Made by a program: the position numbers and the translations under genes. DNA of 64,000 nucleotides from Acidobacteriota bacterium (GTDB lineage Bacteria; Acidobacteriota; UBA6911; RPQK01; JAJDTT01). Of this stretch, positions 18,922 through 28,478 are shown in pieces (the first letter of the stretch is position 1; each line of letters starts with the position of its first letter). Below the pieces are notes generated by a model. The model was not told the DNA's origin and made no database searches. It worked only from the letters and a program-made list of their open reading frames with translations. The stretch covers positions 2,272,001 through 2,336,000 of the forward strand of contig OZ242374.1 of the NCBI GenBank assembly GCA_965209055.1. The letters are read 5' to 3'.

Positions 18922-20508
18922 ATGAAGAAGCCGCGCATCTACTTCCACAACGACGGCCGCCATCCGCTGATCTACATGCACGAGCCTCCCATGCAGAAGG
19001 AGGAGTACGAAGCCGCGGTGGACGAACTGTTGGGAACTCCCGTGGAAGCACTGGTCTTCTCCCTGGGCGAGGGGCGGACCATGCTCCACGACACGAAGGC
19101 CGGCGAGCTCTGGGGGCACAACGTGGAGAAGTGGCCCCATCTGATCTGGCGGCGGGCGCATCAGAACGCCCGCATGATGATCGATGCCGGGGATGATCCG
19201 CTTCGAGTCGTCGCCGACCGGGCCCGGAGCGAGAACATCCGCTTCTATCCCTCCCTCAACGTGCAGTGGCCGGCGGTCAAACGGGGGGAGGGGACCGTCT
19301 GGGTTCGAGTCTCCGACTTTCGCTGGAACAACAAACACCTGGAAATCGGTGCCGAGGGGGACGTGGACCCCGGGTATCCCGGTTTCGGGTGCCTGGACTT
19401 TCGGCATCCGGAGGCGCGGGACGAACGCTTCGCCATCGTGGAGGAGACGGTCCGGCGGTATCCGGTGGACGGCTTCGAGCTCAGCCTCAACAGTTTTCCC
19501 TATTTCTTCGCTCCGGACCGGATCGACGAGGGACGCCCCATTCTCACCGAGTGGGTGAGGCGGGTTTCCGAGACCGTCCGAGGCAGCGGCGCGGATCGGG
19601 AGCTGCTGGTGAAAGTGCCCACCAACCTGGCCGGCGGCTACTCTTTGGGATTGGACGTCGAGGAGTGGATTCGCCAGGGGCTGGTGGATGTCCTGGTGGT
19701 TCAGGACCGGCCGGGCGTGGTCAACCAGATGGCCGACTTCCGTCCCCTGGTGAAGGCGGCCCGAGGAACGGGCACCCGGATCGTCGCGGCGATCCAGAGC
19801 AGGGTCGAGACCGACCGGCTGGATGTGGAGACCATCGAGATGCTCCGGGCCACGGCCTGCAACTACTGGGCTCAGGGGATCGACGGAATGTACCTGGACC
19901 GGGGCTGGTTCCTGGACTGGCCGTATGAGGCTCCTTTCTACCAGAAGCTGCGGGAGTTGCCCTATCCGCACGTGATGGAGACCCGCGACAAGCATTACCA
20001 CCTGCTGACCCAGCCGGGCCGGGGGGCCGAAGACACGGTCCTTCAGACGCGGGCTCCGCTCCCGGCCGAACTGGAGGTGGGCCGGCCGGTCCACCTCGAT
20101 TTCACCATCAGCGACGATCTGCCCCGTTGGGATTCGGTGGGACGGGTCCATCGGGTTCTGCTGAGGATTCGGGTGAGGCAGACGACCGAGCTGGATCGCT
20201 GGCGGTTTCGACTCAACGGTCGGGAGCTTCCTGAAGATTCTCTCCGGAAAATCAATCATATGTACAAGATGCACGCCCCGCGGCAGCGGATCTCAGGCTA
20301 TTGGTTCGTCTTCACGCTGGAGCGCGGCCACTGGCCCAAGAACGGGGCCAACCGAATGGAGATCACTCTGTTGGAGCGGGACCCGGAGGTGACCAAACCG
20401 ATCAGGGTCCGCGATCTGGAGTTGGAGACCCGGTACCTGATGGGAAAGAACTTCCACCGGGAATACGTGGACCCGGACCTGGGGCCCTACGAGTTCTCCA
20501 CCGCGTAG
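18922..20508 (+). CDS. GHL10-like TIM-barrel protein, paralog 3 (no signal peptide)
   Basis: Begins directly at the core MKKPRIYFHNDGRH; LDFRHPEAR, YPVDGFEL, WAQGIDGMYL. Confidence 0.75.
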   Translation: MKKPRIYFHNDGRHPLIYMHEPPMQKEEYEAAVDELLGTPVEALVFSLGEGRTMLHDTKAGELWGHNVEKWPHLIWRRAHQNARMMIDAGDDPLRVVADRARSENIRFYPSLNVQWPAVKRGEGTVWVRVSDFRWNNKHLEIGAEGDVDPGYPGFGCLDFRHPEARDERFAIVEETVRRYPVDGFELSLNSFPYFFAPDRIDEGRPILTEWVRRVSETVRGSGADRELLVKVPTNLAGGYSLGLDVEEWIRQGLVDVLVVQDRPGVVNQMADFRPLVKAARGTGTRIVAAIQSRVETDRLDVETIEMLRATACNYWAQGIDGMYLDRGWFLDWPYEAPFYQKLRELPYPHVMETRDKHYHLLTQPGRGAEDTVLQTRAPLPAELEVGRPVHLDFTISDDLPRWDSVGRVHRVLLRIRVRQTTELDRWRFRLNGRELPEDSLRKINHMYKMHAPRQRISGYWFVFTLERGHWPKNGANRMEITLLERDPEVTKPIRVRDLELETRYLMGKNFHREYVDPDLGPYEFSTA

Positions 20509-20530
20509 GAGAGGGGACATTCCTGTCCCC
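20505..20530 (+). repeat. GTAG-type REP-like palindrome, copy 1
   Basis: GTAG-GAGA-GGGGAC-ATTCCT-GTCCCC between convergent genes; near-identical copy on the minus strand at 42968-42994. Confidence 0.75.
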
Positions 20531-20578
20531 AGTCTTCTTTTTTGTGCAGGTCGGCGGTGGGGAAGTGTAAAGGGGGGA

Positions 20579-21466
20579 TTATCGAGACTCCACCACGACC
20601 GTATCCAGCTTGTCCTTTTCCCGGGCGACCCCGATGATCATCAGTTCCAGGGAAGAGTCCGGGCCGCCGGCGATGGAGTGAGCTTCGCCCAGGAGGACAG
20701 GAACAGCGTCTCCATCCGCTACCGGGGCGGTTTCTTCCCGGTCCCCTATGCCGAGGCGGAAAGTTCCGGTCCCGGCCATCACGTAGAACACTTCCTCCAC
20801 ACCCTGGTGCCGGTGCTTCCCCAACGAGGTTCCCGGAGGAAGGAGCAGGTGGTCCACGTAGGCCCAATTGGTTCGGAACACCTCCGGTGAGAGCGCCCGC
20901 CGGTAAAGGACGGTTCCGGTCCCGCCGAGGAGCCTGTCCGTGGCCTTGAGCAGCCGGCGGTCCAGCCGCATGGTCATGAAGACGGGCACCGGGTCTTTGG
21001 GCACGCCGACCCGGTCGTCTCCCAGATCGAAGGCATCGTACTTTCGCTTGACCGTGGAGACGGCGATGTTCATCCACTGGGTGGGCCGGTCCGTCGGGTT
21101 GTAGATGCCGTGAGAGCTTCCCTGGCGGCAGGGGGCTCCGGACGGACCCTGAAGCGTGGAGGTCCTTCCGTCGATGGTGAACTCGGCCTCGTTGTCGAAG
21201 ATGACGTACATCTCCTCCATCCGGTTGTGGAAGTGGTGGCCGATGCCGCCGCCGGGATGCAGCACGCCCCGGTGGACGAACAGGAGATTGGTGGACAAGG
21301 CGTCCCGTCCCAGGAGGGTCATGTAGGCCATCTCTCCGGCGCCGCCGTGAACCGCCTTGATGGTCCTCAGGGTCTCGGGCGCCGTGTGTCCGATCCGTTC
21401 CGCAAGCGGCTTTTTCTGGGCTGTGGCCGAAGTGAAGAACAGCAGCATGAGGAGAACGACTTTCAT
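20579..21466 (-). CDS. Secreted bicupin domain protein
   Basis: Two cupin motifs HHFHNRMEE...SHG and HRHQGVEE...AHS; signal [16 protein letters not shown]. Confidence 0.82.
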   Translation of the reverse strand: MKVVLLMLLFFTSATAQKKPLAERIGHTAPETLRTIKAVHGGAGEMAYMTLLGRDALSTNLLFVHRGVLHPGGGIGHHFHNRMEEMYVIFDNEAEFTIDGRTSTLQGPSGAPCRQGSSHGIYNPTDRPTQWMNIAVSTVKRKYDAFDLGDDRVGVPKDPVPVFMTMRLDRRLLKATDRLLGGTGTVLYRRALSPEVFRTNWAYVDHLLLPPGTSLGKHRHQGVEEVFYVMAGTGTFRLGIGDREETAPVADGDAVPVLLGEAHSIAGGPDSSLELMIIGVAREKDKLDTVVVESR

Positions 21467-21558
21467 AGGCCTATCCAGGTTGGCGGCACCGGCGCCGGAC
21501 CGCAGCAACCCACGCGGGAGGTCGATCAGAGCAACCCCGTCAGGAGACGCCGCCGGCA

Positions 21559-22065
21559 TCACCACCCGCGGCGGTTTCCCTCCAGGACGATTCGACGATA
21601 GACGGCGGGCGGCAACTGAAAGTCGCGGAAGACCTTCAGCTTGTAGCGGTCGTTCAATAAATTCTTGAGGCTGATGTTCCGCTTCAGGTTCCTGTCCCGG
21701 GGCCGCCTCCGGTCGGCCTCGTCCCGGGCCCTCTGTTCAGCCTTTTTCCATGCCATGAAGATGTCGCGGCGAACCGAGCTGTCCGAAGGAAGATCCGCGA
21801 CGAAAGAAACGGGGCGCGCCACCGACTTGTGCACGTAGCGGGTCGCCGCCGAGAAGAGATGAATGGCGTACCAGTTGCCTTTTTCGTCCTCCAATTGGAA
21901 GACGTCGTGGCGTGCCGCTTTGGCCACGATTCCGGCGCCGCGGCGGGGCGCGTTACGGATATTCGCGATTCGGGTCCTGATCTCGACGTAATGGGCCGCA
22001 CTCAGCAGCGGTCCACTCAGAAAGAGCAGGATCAATCCGAGGCAGACCGACGGCGCGGGTCTCAT
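21559..22065 (-). CDS. Secreted hypothetical protein with SH3b-like domain
   Basis: Signal peptide; ANIRNAP...IVAKA...GNWYAI...YVHKS pattern. Confidence 0.65.
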   Translation of the reverse strand: MRPAPSVCLGLILLFLSGPLLSAAHYVEIRTRIANIRNAPRRGAGIVAKAARHDVFQLEDEKGNWYAIHLFSAATRYVHKSVARPVSFVADLPSDSSVRRDIFMAWKKAEQRARDEADRRRPRDRNLKRNISLKNLLNDRYKLKVFRDFQLPPAVYRRIVLEGNRRGW

Positions 22066-22072
22066 TCGCCCG

Positions 22073-22390
22073 CTAGTCTCCCGAACGGAAATTGGCGTCG
22101 GAAGAGGATTCCGCTTCCTGGGAGTCGGCGGACGGTTTTCGGATTCGAGGCTTCATATGGGTTCCGGACCCCGGACCCATGGGCTTGAGCTTCGACACCT
22201 CGTGAAAATGAAAACCGATGGTCTCAGGCTCGGCCTCCTCGAGATCCGGATCTTCGCCGAAGTCGTAGCGCTCTACCGGAGCCAGACCTTTCTTCCGTTC
22301 GAAACGCCGCTGGCGCTTCAGGTTGGCCTTCTCCATTCTGCGCAACTCTTTTTGCCGCTTGAGGTAGGACTGTCGAGACTTCCTGGCCAT
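22073..22390 (-). CDS. Small hypothetical protein with very basic N-terminus
   Basis: MARKSRQSYLKRQKELRRMEKANLKRQRRFERKK followed by an acidic stretch; SD GGAGG. Confidence 0.6.
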   Translation of the reverse strand: MARKSRQSYLKRQKELRRMEKANLKRQRRFERKKGLAPVERYDFGEDPDLEEAEPETIGFHFHEVSKLKPMGPGSGTHMKPRIRKPSADSQEAESSSDANFRSGD

Positions 22391-22556
22391 ACGGAAAACC
22401 TCCGGGGGATTGAACACCAAGGGTTTCGAGAGTTCCGCCCGGCGAGCTTAAACTCTACATGGAACCTTGAAAATATTCCAGCGAGCGGCTTCCGGCCGCC
22501 CGCCCTTTTGGTTGAAATCCTTTCCGATGACTGTCAAGTTTGGTAGTCAGATCACC

Positions 22557-24719
22557 ATGTCACACATCCGGCGGCTCCTCCCGGCCACCCTACTCCCGGC
22601 CACCCTCCTCCTGGCGATTTCAGGCTTGGCTCTGGCGCAGGAACGGCGTGTTCCCGAACGTGGATACACGGACTGGCGAGTGTACGGAGGCACGGCCGAA
22701 AGCATCCGCTACTCGGCATTGACCCGGATCCATCGTGGAAACGTTCAACGGCTGGAGTTGGCCTGGACGCACGACACGGGAGATGCCACGGAAGACTCGG
22801 AGATGCCGTGCAATCCCATCGTCATCGACGATGTTCTCTATGCCTTGACGCCGACACTGCGGATCTTCGCGCTGGAGGCGGCCACCGGCAGGTTGATCTG
22901 GCGAGTCGAGCTGCCCGGAGAATTCACGCGCGCCCAGAGGCGCCTCCGGGGATTGGCTTGGTGGGGGGATGAACGGGAGGGGCGCATTTTCGCCACCAAG
23001 GGGCCGTACCTCTATGCCCTGGACGCCCGCAACGGCCGGCTGATACCAGGGTTCGGCGATTCGGGGCGGGTCGATCTCAGAGTCGGCTTGGGGCGTCCGA
23101 CCGAGACTCTTCGAATCTGGGCCAGAACGCCGGGCGTGGTCTACGGGGACCTCCTGATCCAGGGCAGCGTCATGAGCGAGGGTCTCCCGGCACCGCCGGG
23201 TGACGTCCGCGCCTACGACGTGCGTTCCGGCGAGCTGCGCTGGTCTTTCCACACGATTCCCCGTCCGGGAGAGATTGGCTACGAGACCTGGCCGGAGGAC
23301 GCTTGGAAATACGCCGGAGCCGCCAACAGTTGGGCGGGCATGAGCGTGGATTTGCAAAGGGGAATGGTCTTCATCCCTACGGGGTCGGCCTCCTTCGACT
23401 TCTACGGCGCCAATCGCCACGGCGACAATCTCTTTGCCAATTCCCTCATCGCGCTCCGGGCCGCGACCGGAGAGCGCGTCTGGCATTTCCAGTTCGTACG
23501 CCACGATCTCTGGGATCGGGACATTCCGGCTCAGCCCTCGCTGGTCACGGTGAAGCGGGACGGGCGGCTGGTGGACGCGGTGGCGCAGACCACGAAGTCG
23601 GGTCACGTCTTCGTATTCGACCGGGAGCGGGGAACTCCCCTGTTCCCCATCGAGTACCGGCCGGCGCCGGAAACCGACGTCGTGGGGGAACGGGTCGCCG
23701 CCACCCAGCCCTTCCCCCTGAAGCCGCCTCCGTTTGCGCGGCAGCGGCTGACCGAGGAGATGGTCACGCGCCGTACTCCGGAGGCGCATGAAGCCGTCCT
23801 GAAGTGGTTGAGGAGCCTGCGAAACGAAGGACCCTTCACGCCTCCCAGCCTCCAGGGGACGGTCATCTTCCCCGGGTTCGACGGTGGAGCGAATTGGGGA
23901 GGGGCCGCCTTCGATCCCGAGACCGGACTGCTCTACGTGAATGCCAACGAAATGGCGTGGGTCCTGCGATTGGTGGAGACCTCCCGGCCCGATCAACCGT
24001 TCGGCGGACAGCAACTGTACCTGGACCGGTGCGCCGGCTGCCACCGGGCGGACCTCCGGGGGACTCCGCCCGAATTCCCGTCTCTTGTCCACCTGAGAAA
24101 TCACTCGAACGAGCAGGAGGTCGTCCGCATGATCCGCGAGGGCGGGGGCCGGATGCCCGGTTTCCACCAGTTGGAACCGGACGAGCTCCAGGCGGTGGCT
24201 CGCTATCTCCTGAAGGGCGAGGATGCTCCTCTGAGCAGAAAGGGGAGGAAAACCCGGGACCCGGTCCTCCGTTACCGGCACGCCGGCTACGACAAGCTGT
24301 TGGACCCGGACGGATATCCGGGCGTCGAGCCCCCTTGGGGCACGCTGACGGCCATCGATCTGGACCGGGGAGAAATCGCCTGGCAGATTCCGTTGGGAGA
24401 ATTTCCCGAATTGGCCGCCCAGGGGCTCCGAAACACGGGGACCGAGAACTACGGCGGGCCGGTGGTCACCGCCGGCGGCCTCGTCTTCATCGGGGCCACC
24501 AACCATGACAGCAAATTCCGGGCCTTCGACAAGGCCACGGGCCGCCTGTTGTGGGAGGCCGGCCTTCCGGCTGGAGGGAATGCCACTCCCGCCGTGTATC
24601 AGGCCGGGGGACGCCAGTTCGTGGTCATCGCCGCGGGAGGCGGCAAATCGGGGGCGCCGTCGGGGGGCAGCTATCTGGCGTTCGCCCTGCCGGATGGGGA
24701 AACTGAAAACGATCCCTGA
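22557..24719 (+). CDS. PQQ-dependent glucose dehydrogenase-like quinoprotein with inserted cytochrome c domain
   Basis: PQQ propeller motifs ([33 protein letters not shown]), CAGCH heme motif, signal peptide. Confidence 0.9.
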   Translation: MSHIRRLLPATLLPATLLLAISGLALAQERRVPERGYTDWRVYGGTAESIRYSALTRIHRGNVQRLELAWTHDTGDATEDSEMPCNPIVIDDVLYALTPTLRIFALEAATGRLIWRVELPGEFTRAQRRLRGLAWWGDEREGRIFATKGPYLYALDARNGRLIPGFGDSGRVDLRVGLGRPTETLRIWARTPGVVYGDLLIQGSVMSEGLPAPPGDVRAYDVRSGELRWSFHTIPRPGEIGYETWPEDAWKYAGAANSWAGMSVDLQRGMVFIPTGSASFDFYGANRHGDNLFANSLIALRAATGERVWHFQFVRHDLWDRDIPAQPSLVTVKRDGRLVDAVAQTTKSGHVFVFDRERGTPLFPIEYRPAPETDVVGERVAATQPFPLKPPPFARQRLTEEMVTRRTPEAHEAVLKWLRSLRNEGPFTPPSLQGTVIFPGFDGGANWGGAAFDPETGLLYVNANEMAWVLRLVETSRPDQPFGGQQLYLDRCAGCHRADLRGTPPEFPSLVHLRNHSNEQEVVRMIREGGGRMPGFHQLEPDELQAVARYLLKGEDAPLSRKGRKTRDPVLRYRHAGYDKLLDPDGYPGVEPPWGTLTAIDLDRGEIAWQIPLGEFPELAAQGLRNTGTENYGGPVVTAGGLVFIGATNHDSKFRAFDKATGRLLWEAGLPAGGNATPAVYQAGGRQFVVIAAGGGKSGAPSGGSYLAFALPDGETENDP
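22575..22611 (+). repeat. Imperfect 15-bp tandem repeat in the signal peptide ([12 protein letters not shown])
   Basis: CTCCTCCCGGCCACC / CTACTCCCGGCCACC / CTCCTCC. Confidence 0.8.
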
Positions 24720-24812
24720 AACGAAAACGGTCGCGGCCCTCCGGTCGGTTCCCGATCTGAGGCGACTCGCGAATGGCAGGCTCCCAGCTTCTTGTGTGAG
24801 TCCGGCAATTTC

Positions 24813-25964
24813 ATGTGGAGACTGAATTCGATCGTCGCATCGGCATGGCTTCTGACCTGTTCTCAGGTGACGGCGGCAGAGCTCACCCGGTTTCCCATCG
24901 GCGGCAATGGTATTCCCAGTGCGATCCGGGTCGGCAGAGCGGGACTGGCGCACACTGGAATGATTGTCGGAGCCGAGGCAGGACAGGGGGCGTCCGGTAT
25001 TTCCCGGATCGCCGCGCAGGTCGAGGCCATTGCCCGGCATTACGGGTCGACGCTTGCAGACGTGGCCAAATTGAACCTCTACGTCGCCGAACCCCAACCT
25101 GGTCTGATCCGCCAGATCGAAACTGAAATCGAGCAGGCGTGGTCCCGCGAAGCCTGCCCCGCCCTCACGCTGATTCCATCGCCGATTCCGGGTGGCGCGT
25201 CCGTCGCCGCGGACGCCGTCATCGCCGTGCCCATGAATGATGGCGCGGTCACCCGATTCGGCAACAAGGCATCCGTGATGCCGCCGGGCCGCGACATACT
25301 CTACGTATCCGGCCGCGTGGGTTCCGGCGCCCTGGCGGAAGCCACGACGGAGACCATGCGGCAACTCTTCGACGTGCTGGCGCACCTGGGGAGTACCCGG
25401 GCCGACGTGGTGCAGGTCAAGGCCTTCATTCAACCCATGTCCCATTGGGAGACCGTCCAACTTGAAATCGACCGAGCCTTCGGGAACGTCTCCTCGCCGC
25501 CGGTGGTCTACGTCGCGTGGACGTCCCCGTCACGCGCCACCGAGATCGAATTGATCGCGGCAGCGCCCGACCGGCAGAAAAAGGAAATGACCGTCAGCTA
25601 CATCACGCCTCCCGGTGACCAGGCGTCCCCGGTCTACAGTCGTGTGGCGCGGGTCCACGCCGGCGAATTGATCTACATCGGTGGCATCGTGGCCCGCGAG
25701 GCGGCCCCGCCGGAAGGGGAAGTCCGGACGGTCCTCGATGAACTGCGGCGCGTCGCCGAGGGGGCCGGGTCGAACCTCAATCACTTGGCCAAGGCGACCT
25801 ATTACGTCTCCGGCAGGCCGGCGTCGCAGATGCTGAACCAATTGCGGCCCGAGTACTATTCGCCGACCCGGCCGCCGGCCGCATCCAAGATCTCCGTGGC
25901 AACCATCGGCATCCCGGACCGCACCCTGTTGGTGGATATGGTCGCGGTGCCGGCGGGCCAGTGA
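24813..25964 (+). CDS. Secreted protein with three tandem RidA/YjgF-like domains
   Basis: Three repeats: GSTLADVAKLNLYV, GSTRADVVQVKAFI, GSNLNHLAKATYYV; signal peptide. Confidence 0.8.
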   Translation: MWRLNSIVASAWLLTCSQVTAAELTRFPIGGNGIPSAIRVGRAGLAHTGMIVGAEAGQGASGISRIAAQVEAIARHYGSTLADVAKLNLYVAEPQPGLIRQIETEIEQAWSREACPALTLIPSPIPGGASVAADAVIAVPMNDGAVTRFGNKASVMPPGRDILYVSGRVGSGALAEATTETMRQLFDVLAHLGSTRADVVQVKAFIQPMSHWETVQLEIDRAFGNVSSPPVVYVAWTSPSRATEIELIAAAPDRQKKEMTVSYITPPGDQASPVYSRVARVHAGELIYIGGIVAREAAPPEGEVRTVLDELRRVAEGAGSNLNHLAKATYYVSGRPASQMLNQLRPEYYSPTRPPAASKISVATIGIPDRTLLVDMVAVPAGQ

Positions 25965-25980
25965 AACAAGTGAGACCGGT

Positions 25981-26193
25981 TTAGCCGGCAGATCCTTTGG
26001 CCCGGGAATCCCTCTCCCGGTTTGCCGCTTCGATAGAGGGAAAGTACTGAACACCTTTCGGCGCTACGGGTCGCGCCAAGCGGCGGGAAAACTCCCATAG
26101 CTGCCGGATGCGGTGGGCGAGGCGAGGATGATTCGAGTCGGACCATAGGGCACGGCGCGCGTCGTCATGGTCCTTGAATTTGGTGACCGGCAC
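25981..26193 (-). CDS. Small hypothetical partner protein of the upstream nucleotidyltransferase
   Basis: GTG start after GGAGG; MPVTKFKDHDDARRALW...PKGVQYFPSIEAANRER. Confidence 0.65.
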   Translation of the reverse strand: MPVTKFKDHDDARRALWSDSNHPRLAHRIRQLWEFSRRLARPVAPKGVQYFPSIEAANRERDSRAKGSAG

Positions 26194-26663
26194 ACTGGTC
26201 CTCCAAGCTGAACTTTTCACTTAACGCCGCTGCGTCAGCCTTGTCAATTGGACGAACCGTCCCTTTCTTCCATTCGGTGGAGTGTCGCAGCCGTGGCCAG
26301 ACGAATCTTGACCCCTTCCAACTCGACCACCTCGACATCGAGATCGTCGAATGCGAATTCGGTACCCAGCCGAGACAACAAGTCGATGGCAAAATCTTCA
26401 TTTGGAGGGCCATAGCGGATGACGGGGTATGCGTCAGCCATCTCACAGGCCTTGATTTCTTCGATTTGAGGGTCTTTCCAGACCGCCCTCAGCGCGGCCT
26501 TGAAGCGTTCCACGTTTCCGTCTTGCAGCCGAACGAAAAAGTCAATGTCTTCGGTAGCCCGGATGATGCCGTGGAGGTTGAGTGCGGCTCCCCCGACCAA
26601 CACGTATTCGACCCGGTGCGCCTCGAGTTCTCGCAGAAGTTGAAGGAACCGGTCGAAATTCAT
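26165..26663 (-). pseudogene. Nucleotidyltransferase (DUF6036/AbiEii-like) with apparent +1 frameshift near 26270
   Basis: YVLVGGAALNLHG...RATEDIDF; the expected C-terminus KKGTVRPIDKADAAAL lies in another frame after LHRM (ATG-G-AAG-AAA-GGG). Confidence 0.65.
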
Positions 26664-26743
26664 GGATGTCCTGCGAAAAGAGTAGCATGACCCGGCTATG
26701 GTAACTTGAGGATCTCCCGGTCCATTTTGGGGGAAGGGTTCCG

Positions 26744-28393
26744 TTGTTGCGAAAGAGAAGGGTTCAATTCGATCGCCGGCGATTCCTTGCCGGCACGGCG
26801 GGCGCCATGGGACCGGCCGTCTTCGGGCGATTGCCGCTCCCTCTGATGGCGAGTCAAAGTGCTCCGCCCCCGGCTCCGGATTGGGACGCCGGCAGGGTGC
26901 GCCATCTCCTTCCCACGGTCAGCGATTCCCGGATGCTGGTGAAGGTCTCGTTCAACGGTCCGTTGCCGGACACGCCCAAGCTGCGCATCGGATCTGCCGA
27001 GTTTGCGGGCCGGATGAACGACACGGCAGGCGTTTTCTGGCAGTTCTACGCCATCGGTCTCGAGCCGAATACTCCGTATTCCCTCTCCCTTGCAGGTGGT
27101 GACGGACGGGCGCTGTGCGAACCGTGGAAGCTTTCGACATTTCCGGCGCCCCATACCCTCCCCGAGCGGTTCCGGCTGCTCTTTTTCACCTGTGCGGGCG
27201 GTCCGGGCGGGACCTATTCGGGGATCGGCAAACGGAGCGGGTTTCTCCCCGCCGCCATCCGCAATCGGCTGCTTCGGCGGGCGTTGTCTCTGCGGCCGCA
27301 TGCCGCCGTGGCCAATGGCGACCACATGTATTGGGATCTCCACACCTGGTTGGGGGACGGCGTCGGCGAACTCAGCCCCGGCGGACGGGAGTCCAACTTC
27401 GATTTTTCGGCTTCGCCCTTCGGCGGCAGCAACGAATCGGCGCTGAAGGCGGCGGCCGGGCCGCAGATCGTGCCGGTGTACGGCGTGGACTTCAGGTCGA
27501 CGCCGGTGTTCTTCCTGCAGGACGACCACGACCACTGGGAGAATGACGCGGCCAGCGACGAGCTGGTCAACTTCCCCATTCCCTGGTTCCAGCTCCAGTT
27601 GGCCCGAGCGACCCAGCAGCTCTACTACCCGGAGTTTCTACCCGATGTCCGGCGTCCGGCGGGATTGCCCTGGTCGGAAGTTGGAGACCGCGGCGACCTT
27701 TCCGAGAGCTTCGGGACGATCCGCTACGGGAGGCTCGCCGAGGTTCTGCTCTACGACGTGCGGCGCACGCTGAGTCTGGCGGGACCGACCGCAGTCTTCG
27801 TCGATCGTCAGGTTGAGCAATGGTTGCTGGAGCGCACCGGCTCCAACGAAGTGCGGCATCTGGTCCACGCTCCCTCGAACCCCTTCGGGTGGAGTGCGGG
27901 CAAATGGGGAGAATGGTATCCGGACGTGCTGGACTGGGAGGCGGGCGCCCTGACGACGGCGGTTCCGAAACCCTATTGGCAGTCGGGATGGCTCAAGCAA
28001 CACGACCGGTTGGTCAGGGCGATCGCCGCCCAACCCTCGCGGGTTCCCCTGGTGGTCAGTGGAGACCTCCATGCCATCGGCGTGGGGCGGATGCATCGCG
28101 CCGGGAAATTCGAGCTGAAGGACAATCCGTTGACCGCGGTCCTGAGCGGCCCCATCGGCACTTCGATCCGAGGCTTTCCGTCGGTCGTCCGCGGCATTGG
28201 CGCCACACCGCCGGCACACCTGGACCTGGAGGAGACAGTCCCGCCGGTGGAGGAGCACGGTTTCACACTGGCGGACTTTCTGGGCGACCGGATCGTGCTG
28301 CGGCAGTACAAGTGGGACGTGAACAGTCAGCCCCTCGATGCCATCGACAGCCTGGAGCCGTTCCGGACCACGGAGCTGGGCGCCGGGAGCTGA
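26744..28393 (+). CDS. Tat-exported PhoD-like metallophosphoesterase
   Basis: DRRRFLA Tat motif; NGDHMYWD, QDDHDHWEND, SGDLH; FN3-like GLEPNTPY. Confidence 0.8.
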   Translation: MLRKRRVQFDRRRFLAGTAGAMGPAVFGRLPLPLMASQSAPPPAPDWDAGRVRHLLPTVSDSRMLVKVSFNGPLPDTPKLRIGSAEFAGRMNDTAGVFWQFYAIGLEPNTPYSLSLAGGDGRALCEPWKLSTFPAPHTLPERFRLLFFTCAGGPGGTYSGIGKRSGFLPAAIRNRLLRRALSLRPHAAVANGDHMYWDLHTWLGDGVGELSPGGRESNFDFSASPFGGSNESALKAAAGPQIVPVYGVDFRSTPVFFLQDDHDHWENDAASDELVNFPIPWFQLQLARATQQLYYPEFLPDVRRPAGLPWSEVGDRGDLSESFGTIRYGRLAEVLLYDVRRTLSLAGPTAVFVDRQVEQWLLERTGSNEVRHLVHAPSNPFGWSAGKWGEWYPDVLDWEAGALTTAVPKPYWQSGWLKQHDRLVRAIAAQPSRVPLVVSGDLHAIGVGRMHRAGKFELKDNPLTAVLSGPIGTSIRGFPSVVRGIGATPPAHLDLEETVPPVEEHGFTLADFLGDRIVLRQYKWDVNSQPLDAIDSLEPFRTTELGAGS

Positions 28394-28478
28394 CGCACAG
28401 CGGCAGAGGCGGTGTTCCGCCAACACGCTTTTCCCCTATTGGGCGGGGAACATCCGGGTCCCCGTCTTCATCGCCAAC

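Noticed and set aside
22620-25460. 946-aa minus-strand ORF
   Set aside because: Antisense to the PQQ dehydrogenase and Rid genes; no motifs
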